64,000 bases of DNA from an uncultured delta proteobacterium (GTDB lineage Bacteria; Desulfobacterota; Desulfomonilia; Desulfomonilales; Desulfomonilaceae). Positions 58,900 to 64,000 of this stretch are shown one piece after another. The stretch is from the NCBI GenBank assembly GCA_963741625.1, contig CAVUIT010000001.1, forward strand, positions 93,711 to 157,710, read 5' to 3'. A program made the position numbers and the translations under genes. The notes below the pieces were generated by a model that had not been told where the DNA came from, searched no databases, and was given only the letters and a program-made list of their open reading frames with translations. Every line of letters starts with the position of its first letter. Position 1 is the first letter of the stretch.

Positions 58900-59139
58900 T
58901 CAAAAACCTTCTGCTTGAATGTAAATCCTGTGAGCATCAGGATGTTTGCTCGCAGCGGGAGCCGAGGGACCGCACCCCGGGGGGGGCATCTGCGGAAGCG
59001 CCTTGGGAATTGGGCCTCTATCCAGACCGAACTGGTTGGCCACAGCATCAAAAACGTACCTGAGAAGTCCGAGCGCGTGGGATGATGCTGGAAAACTCAA
59101 CATAACCGCCAGGATCCCTATCAAGATTTTCGTTTTCAT
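58900..59139 (-). CDS. Small secreted protein (hypothetical)
   Basis: MKTKILIGILAVMLSFPASSHA signal peptide. The downstream frames are unclear. Confidence 0.3.
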   Translation of the reverse strand: MKTKILIGILAVMLSFPASSHALGLLRYVFDAVANQFGLDRGPIPKALPQMPPPGCGPSAPAASKHPDAHRIYIQAEGF

Positions 59140-59772
59140 GACAAACTTTCCATCATTATTTTAAGCTATTAATTATAGTACTTCATCTAAAATGTCAACC
59201 ATTATCTACCAAGAGCTTTGTCCCGTGATCGCGCAAACGGAGGGTTACCGGATTTTGCCGGTTTTCCGTGGCGCTGGCATACATGGCGGAGGACAGTACG
59301 GCGGCGGCGGCGGCCCGTACGTCAGATAATGAGGTGGAATGCGACAGGGAAACGTCGGGGCTACACACAAAAAGTACCAGGCGCCATGCTCTTTCATGCC
59401 CATCAGGGTGGTGTCCAATGGAGGCGTAGAGGCGCCCCCCGTACCGCCGCCATGGGACGGCTGCACACAATTGCAGGAGAACCGCAATGGTAATTGAAAC
59501 TAAAGTGAGAGTCTTCATTTCGTCACCCTGTTATTATTTCAATGTGATATAGGTCTATTATATCAAAACAAGAACTTATTTTCAAGCATATATCTCCTTG
59601 ACCATAAAATGTCCTGCAAAACGCTCATAAGAGGGATAGCTCCCGGAAAATGGCCGCTGCCACAAGATCATTTGTGGCCCTTAAATCCCGGATGATTTAC
59701 AATCTTGTGCCACCGATTCTATCTGGTGGTAATAGTAACACCCGATTAGTAGTCCCGCGAAAGTGAGCACTC

Positions 59773-60568
59773 ATGGAATGGCCGCTATTTGTAGCGAAGA
59801 GCATTATTGGGGGCGCTCTCAACCCTATATGCATATCACTCTTACTTTGTCTGACCGGCGCAGCTCTGTGGATTCTGCGGCCGCGTAGGCGTGTCGGCTT
59901 CATCCTGGTGTTGAGCGGATCATTAGTGTTGCTGGTCATGTCCTTGCCTTTGACCGGCGATCGGCTGGTGCGCTCACTCGAACTCAAGGCAGGAGAATAC
60001 GCAGATCCGGGAGAACTTTCGCGCAACGACGTGAAGTGGATCGTGGTTCTCGGAGGAGACCTTCGGGGAGGGGAATTATCGCCGGCAGATCGCGTAGCCT
60101 ACAGTTCGCTTGTGCGGGTGATGGAAGGGATACGTTTGTGGAAGGCCATGCCCGATAGCAAGCTGGTACTTTCCGGTGGGACCTACTCTCCGCGAAAGAT
60201 GACCACAGGACTTGGGATGGCCTTATTGGCCCGTGAACTAGGCGTGCCTCAAAAAGCGATTGTGGTGGAGAGCCAGTCTTGGGATACCGAAGGCGAGGCA
60301 CGGCTTCTGAAGCCCATCCTGGGGGAAAATAGGTTTGCGTTGGTAACGTCCGCCTACCACATGAGGCGATCGGTCTTGAGTTTCAAGCGCATGGGTCTGG
60401 ACCCAATCCCCGCGCCGGCAGATTTCATGACAAAGGGGGGGTTCCAACTGAGCGTCCGCACCTTCCTGCCATCCCCAATGGCCCTGGAGTTGTCCCAAAC
60501 AGCAATCCACGAGGACCCTGGGGACCTTGTGGCTCACCATAAAGGGCCTGTTCAAGTGATTAGTCCCG
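59773..60568 (+). CDS. DUF218 (YdcF/ElyC-like) membrane protein, C-terminus displaced by a frameshift (~60515)
   Basis: VVLGG...LVTSAYHMRRS DUF218 core. An alternative frame gives LGTLWLTIKGLFK* ending at 60568. Confidence 0.7.
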
Positions 60569-60651
60569 CAAAGGCGGGTCTAAAACCCACCCTTACCGAG
60601 CAAGTTATATTTGGCAATAAGGTTAAGTGTGGAGATCGACGGCGGACAACA

Positions 60652-61182
60652 TCATTCGGAAGTAAGGGCGGAGCATCGAGCGTTTAACACCGTCCTCAGT
60701 GCAGTCAGTTTTTGATTTGCCTCGTCCAGCTCTTGTTTTTCGGTATCTGTAAGACCGGAAAACAGGCTGTGTTCCCTTTTCTTGAGCGCATTGACCTTGC
60801 GCAACAATTGAACCAGCGTCAGCCTGAGATCAGCGCAGCTCCCAGTGACTTGATCTCCTGTCCTGGATTTTATTGCTCCGAGTGTCCTGGGAGGTTGTTG
60901 TTTCTCACCCGACCGACTGTGTGGTGCTGTGGGGACCCTCCGTATTCGGTCCCTCAGTTCATCCGCACTGTAAGTCAAGCGGGGCTGAGGAGGATCTTGA
61001 ACCGCCCGCGGCCATCCGTGGAACGCGCCCATATTACCTCCAGGAGCTTTGCTCCCAATTTCAGTGGTCTTTTGTTCCATTCCGCCTGAATGGCCAACCG
61101 CCCCCGGCACGCTTTCCATACACCAGAGAAAGAGGGTCACCACGATTAGAGGCTTCCAGCGGTGAATGCGTCGGTCTGTCAT
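60652..61182 (-). CDS. Hypothetical secreted protein
   Basis: MTDRRIHRWKPLIVVTLFLWCMESVPGAVG signal-like N-terminus, coiled-coil tail. Confidence 0.4.
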   Translation of the reverse strand: MTDRRIHRWKPLIVVTLFLWCMESVPGAVGHSGGMEQKTTEIGSKAPGGNMGAFHGWPRAVQDPPQPRLTYSADELRDRIRRVPTAPHSRSGEKQQPPRTLGAIKSRTGDQVTGSCADLRLTLVQLLRKVNALKKREHSLFSGLTDTEKQELDEANQKLTALRTVLNARCSALTSE

Positions 61183-61512
61183 AGGAATCGGCTCTGTTTT
61201 CGGGTTGTCCCTCGCCATAATTCTTGGGTCTACCCCTTCCGGCAGACCATACCACAAGTGTGCTCGAAACTTAAGGCTTTTAAGATAACCAATTATAATA
61301 ATTGCCACTGTTTCCGCAGGCTTTGAGTTGAGCCTAGTTCCCACCCCTTCTCGACTGGAGAGTCTTCAAGTATAAGATCATTAAATATCAGTATGTTATA
61401 TATATAAACTATAAAAAGGTTTGATTATAAAAATTGTCTGTTTACAGTTATCCTCCGATTATGGTATGATATAGCCAGTAATCAATGTGACTAATAAATT
61501 AAGGTAGTTATT

Positions 61513-62592
61513 TTGGTGAATTTACTGGATATATTTGTTAAGTGGAGATTAACCGCCCTCTGTCTCCTGGGCCTAATGCTCGGAGGGTGTATCGGCTTGA
61601 TTCCTTCCCCCTTCAGACCTTCCCCCGGGCCGCAGAAGGCCCCGCAGGCCGCGGACCTTGCCGAAGCCTTTGATATCGTGTGCAGGAACTATCGCCTCGG
61701 GCCCGATGACCAGATCGGGTTGCTCTTTCAAACCGAATGGAACATCCCCGTGGGGACCTACAAGCTCGATACGCTCGATCAAATAGGCATCAAGTTCATC
61801 CTTGATCCTCAGCTCAATGAGACTGTGACTATCCGACCCGATGGAATGATCACTCTTCAGGCCATTGGGGAGGTCCAAGCCGTAGGCCTGACCCCGGACC
61901 AACTCGCTAAACGGATCGAACAAAAGTTTCTGGACGCCCACATATTCAGCAAAGACGAAACACGGGGAGAGCTGAAGAATTACCGGTTGGTAACGGTTCA
62001 TGTGAACACCTTCTACGAGAAGGTGAAGAAGCTTACAGACTCTTTGACAACCCTTACCGGCGGCAGCCAGACCGGTCTCACTGTGAAACCTGACGGGACC
62101 ATCGATCTCCCCCTAATAAATGAACGGGTCTTATGCGTAGGGCACACTGTCAGAGAGGTGGAGAACACCATCAACAGGCTCTACAGGGCCGGGCCTCTCG
62201 AACATGTGGTAGCTTCCTTGTCGCTCACATCAGCCAAGTCGCGCAAGTTTTATGTGCTCGGCGAAGTCGGCACTCAAGGGGCCATCCCGTACACTCAACC
62301 GGTCACGGCTCTGCACGCTCTTGCCATGGCAGGGGGACACAACCGGGACACCGCGGACCTCACGAGCGTGATCCTAATATCCAAGAACATTTACGGCAAG
62401 CCTATTGGTCGTCGGCTGGACCTAAAGAGAATTCTTGATGTGGGAGACTTGGGCTCTAACATCATGATCAAACCCTATGATGTCATTTATGTTCCAAGAA
62501 CTTACATCTCCGACCTCAACCTTTTCATCGTTCAGTACCTCAATGCGATTACCAACATCAAAGCCTTCGCCGACAACCTGCGCGGCACATGA
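61513..62592 (+). CDS. Polysaccharide export protein (Wza-like: PES plus SLBB domains), lipoprotein
   Basis: Lipobox LGGC. DDQIGLLF...IRPDGMITLQAIGEVQAVGLT motif. Confidence 0.8.
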   Translation: MVNLLDIFVKWRLTALCLLGLMLGGCIGLIPSPFRPSPGPQKAPQAADLAEAFDIVCRNYRLGPDDQIGLLFQTEWNIPVGTYKLDTLDQIGIKFILDPQLNETVTIRPDGMITLQAIGEVQAVGLTPDQLAKRIEQKFLDAHIFSKDETRGELKNYRLVTVHVNTFYEKVKKLTDSLTTLTGGSQTGLTVKPDGTIDLPLINERVLCVGHTVREVENTINRLYRAGPLEHVVASLSLTSAKSRKFYVLGEVGTQGAIPYTQPVTALHALAMAGGHNRDTADLTSVILISKNIYGKPIGRRLDLKRILDVGDLGSNIMIKPYDVIYVPRTYISDLNLFIVQYLNAITNIKAFADNLRGT

Positions 62593-62915
62593 CAGAAGAA
62601 GGCCGTTAAGAGCCAGCGTTGTTGAAAATCCCCCGGAATCTTTTCATGCCAAAAGACCGGGTAGCCGCCCACCATCCACCTGCTGTTTAGGCTGCCATCT
62701 GAGATTGACCCTGCCCTGAATTTCCGTTATACAAATCCTAATCTGTTTCCGCCTTAACTTTAGCTGCATGGAAATTGTGACTTAAATTCATGCTGTGCCG
62801 TGCGACGCAGCTACGCCGCGGGCACGTCACGATGTGTCTCTTTTTTTAGCTTAACTGCGCGCTAGCACTCATTTTCCAAGGGCCACAGTACGCGAGGTAA
62901 TGGTAAGCCCTAAAT

Positions 62916-63683
62916 ATGGTATCGACTACTCACCGCCAAAAACGCCGTAAGTTGTTCATCGTGTTGCCGACCTACAATGAGGAGATCCGAGTTGGTCAGC
63001 TCCTGGATGGTATCGACGAGACCTTGTACGAGGCTGGGTTTCCTTACCATGTTCTTGTCGTGGACGATGGCAGCACCGATGCAACCGCGGCTATCGTCAA
63101 AGAGCGATCGGGCCGGATGCCTATCACGCTAACGTCTCACAGCCGCAACGAAGGGTTAGGCGAAACAATTCGTGATGGGCTTAACACTGCCGCCAGCTTG
63201 GCTGACGAGAGGGACATCATCCTCACAATGGACGCTGATGACACCCATGCGCCTGGTTTGATTCTTCGCATGGCAAGGATGATATGGGAGGGGCACGATG
63301 TGGTCATCGCCTCACGGTATCAGCCGGGCTCCAGGACGATCGGAGTCCCTATGCTGAGGAGATTTCTAAGTTATGCAGGCTCCCTTTTTCTACGAATCTT
63401 GTTTCCCACCAGTGGCGTTAAGGATTTTACATGCGGATATCGGGCTTATCGTGCGGCCGTGCTCCAGCGAGCCATCGAATATTACGGCCCAGATTTTTTG
63501 AATCAAAAAGGTTTTGAATGCATGGTGGACATCCTACTTAAGCTCCGCCGTATGAACACTATCTTCGGCGAGGTTCCCATGATACTGCGTTATGATCTGA
63601 AGCAAGGCGTCTCAAAGATGAAAGTAACCCGCACCATTGTTAGTACTCTTCGACTCATCGCCAGGCGGAGGTTCGTGGCTTGA
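62916..63683 (+). CDS. Family 2 glycosyltransferase (dolichyl-phosphate-mannose-synthase-like)
   Basis: FIVLPTYNEE, VVDDGSTD, MDADDTH motifs. Confidence 0.85.
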   Translation: MVSTTHRQKRRKLFIVLPTYNEEIRVGQLLDGIDETLYEAGFPYHVLVVDDGSTDATAAIVKERSGRMPITLTSHSRNEGLGETIRDGLNTAASLADERDIILTMDADDTHAPGLILRMARMIWEGHDVVIASRYQPGSRTIGVPMLRRFLSYAGSLFLRILFPTSGVKDFTCGYRAYRAAVLQRAIEYYGPDFLNQKGFECMVDILLKLRRMNTIFGEVPMILRYDLKQGVSKMKVTRTIVSTLRLIARRRFVA

Positions 63684-64000
63684 CGCCCGTAAACACAGGC
63701 CGGTTCGAAGAAGCTTACTTCAAGAAGAACTACGTCAACTATTACAGACAAAACCCTGTTCGCAAACTGACATTTTATCGAAGCCTTGTTGAATCTGCCG
63801 TTCAAGGGATTGAGCGGCCGCGATTACTGGAAGTGGGATGCGCTTTTGGCCTTTTTCTTGCCGTGCTCAACCCTGAATGGGACCTCCACGGGATTGACAT
63901 AAGCAAATTCGGAATTCAAAAGGCTAGAGAAAGCCTTCTCCAAGCCCGAGTAGAGGTTTGGGATGGGACATCCGTTCCTTTTGAGGGGCAGTTCAACGTT
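63680..64000 (+). CDS. Class I SAM-dependent methyltransferase, 5' part (runs off the window end)
   Basis: Own translation: TPVNTGRFEEAYFKKNYVNYY...LLEVGCAFGLFL (motif I). Start (TTG 63680) is uncertain. Confidence 0.6.
   Translation, partial: MTPVNTGRFEEAYFKKNYVNYYRQNPVRKLTFYRSLVESAVQGIERPRLLEVGCAFGLFLAVLNPEWDLHGIDISKFGIQKARESLLQARVEVWDGTSVPFEGQFNV

Noticed and set aside
1-64000. rRNA, tRNA, tmRNA, prophage or conjugative modules
   Set aside because: I did not recognise any by eye. A tRNAscan/Infernal run would be needed to exclude small RNAs formally.

Overview
64-kb chromosomal window, about 55% GC. Gene content and the intergenic repeat vocabulary resemble an anaerobic deltaproteobacterial or Syntrophobacterales-type genome, but that is inference only. 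The window has three parts. (i) 1-23.3 kb, all on the minus strand, is an acyl-CoA / branched-chain (liu-like) catabolic supercluster. It holds an HMG-CoA-synthase-like/DUF35 fusion, a MaoC hydratase-SDR-SCP2 enzyme, a TetR regulator, the LivHMGF+K ABC importer and an AMP-forming acyl-CoA ligase. It also holds three acyl-CoA dehydrogenases, a MaoC-SCP2 protein, a BKACE enzyme, a crotonase, methylcrotonyl-CoA-carboxylase-like alpha and beta subunits and a second TetR. Palindromic REP-like elements and a TIR-flanked GxxExxY nuclease-family mini-element punctuate it. (ii) 23.4-45.9 kb is an accessory mosaic. It starts with a decayed MNT/HEPN toxin-antitoxin pair and a decayed LPO_1073-like gene. 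Seven gene modules follow, separated by eight co-oriented copies of a ~231-bp repeat with terminal inverted repeats (R1). The modules carry a MerB-like gene with two in-frame UGA codons, an alkyl-sulfatase, a glycosyltransferase, a methyltransferase, GrpB, a PAS/GAF hybrid kinase and small secreted or membrane proteins. A B12-radical-SAM gene, a DUF4331 gene and a truncated cytochrome-P460 gene come next. (iii) 45.9-64 kb holds a second hybrid sensor kinase interrupted by an IS630 remnant, its partner binding protein and corA. It also holds a RimK-like ATP-grasp / 7TM-transglutaminase / retropepsin trio and envelope and polysaccharide genes. Across the window at least 25 single-nucleotide frame disruptions split otherwise well-conserved genes, so many ORF-track entries are halves of one gene. 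The leads most worth follow-up are the two-selenocysteine MerB-like candidate with SECIS-like hairpins and the integron-like but non-canonical R1 cassette architecture. I did not recognise any rRNA, tRNA, CRISPR array or prophage.
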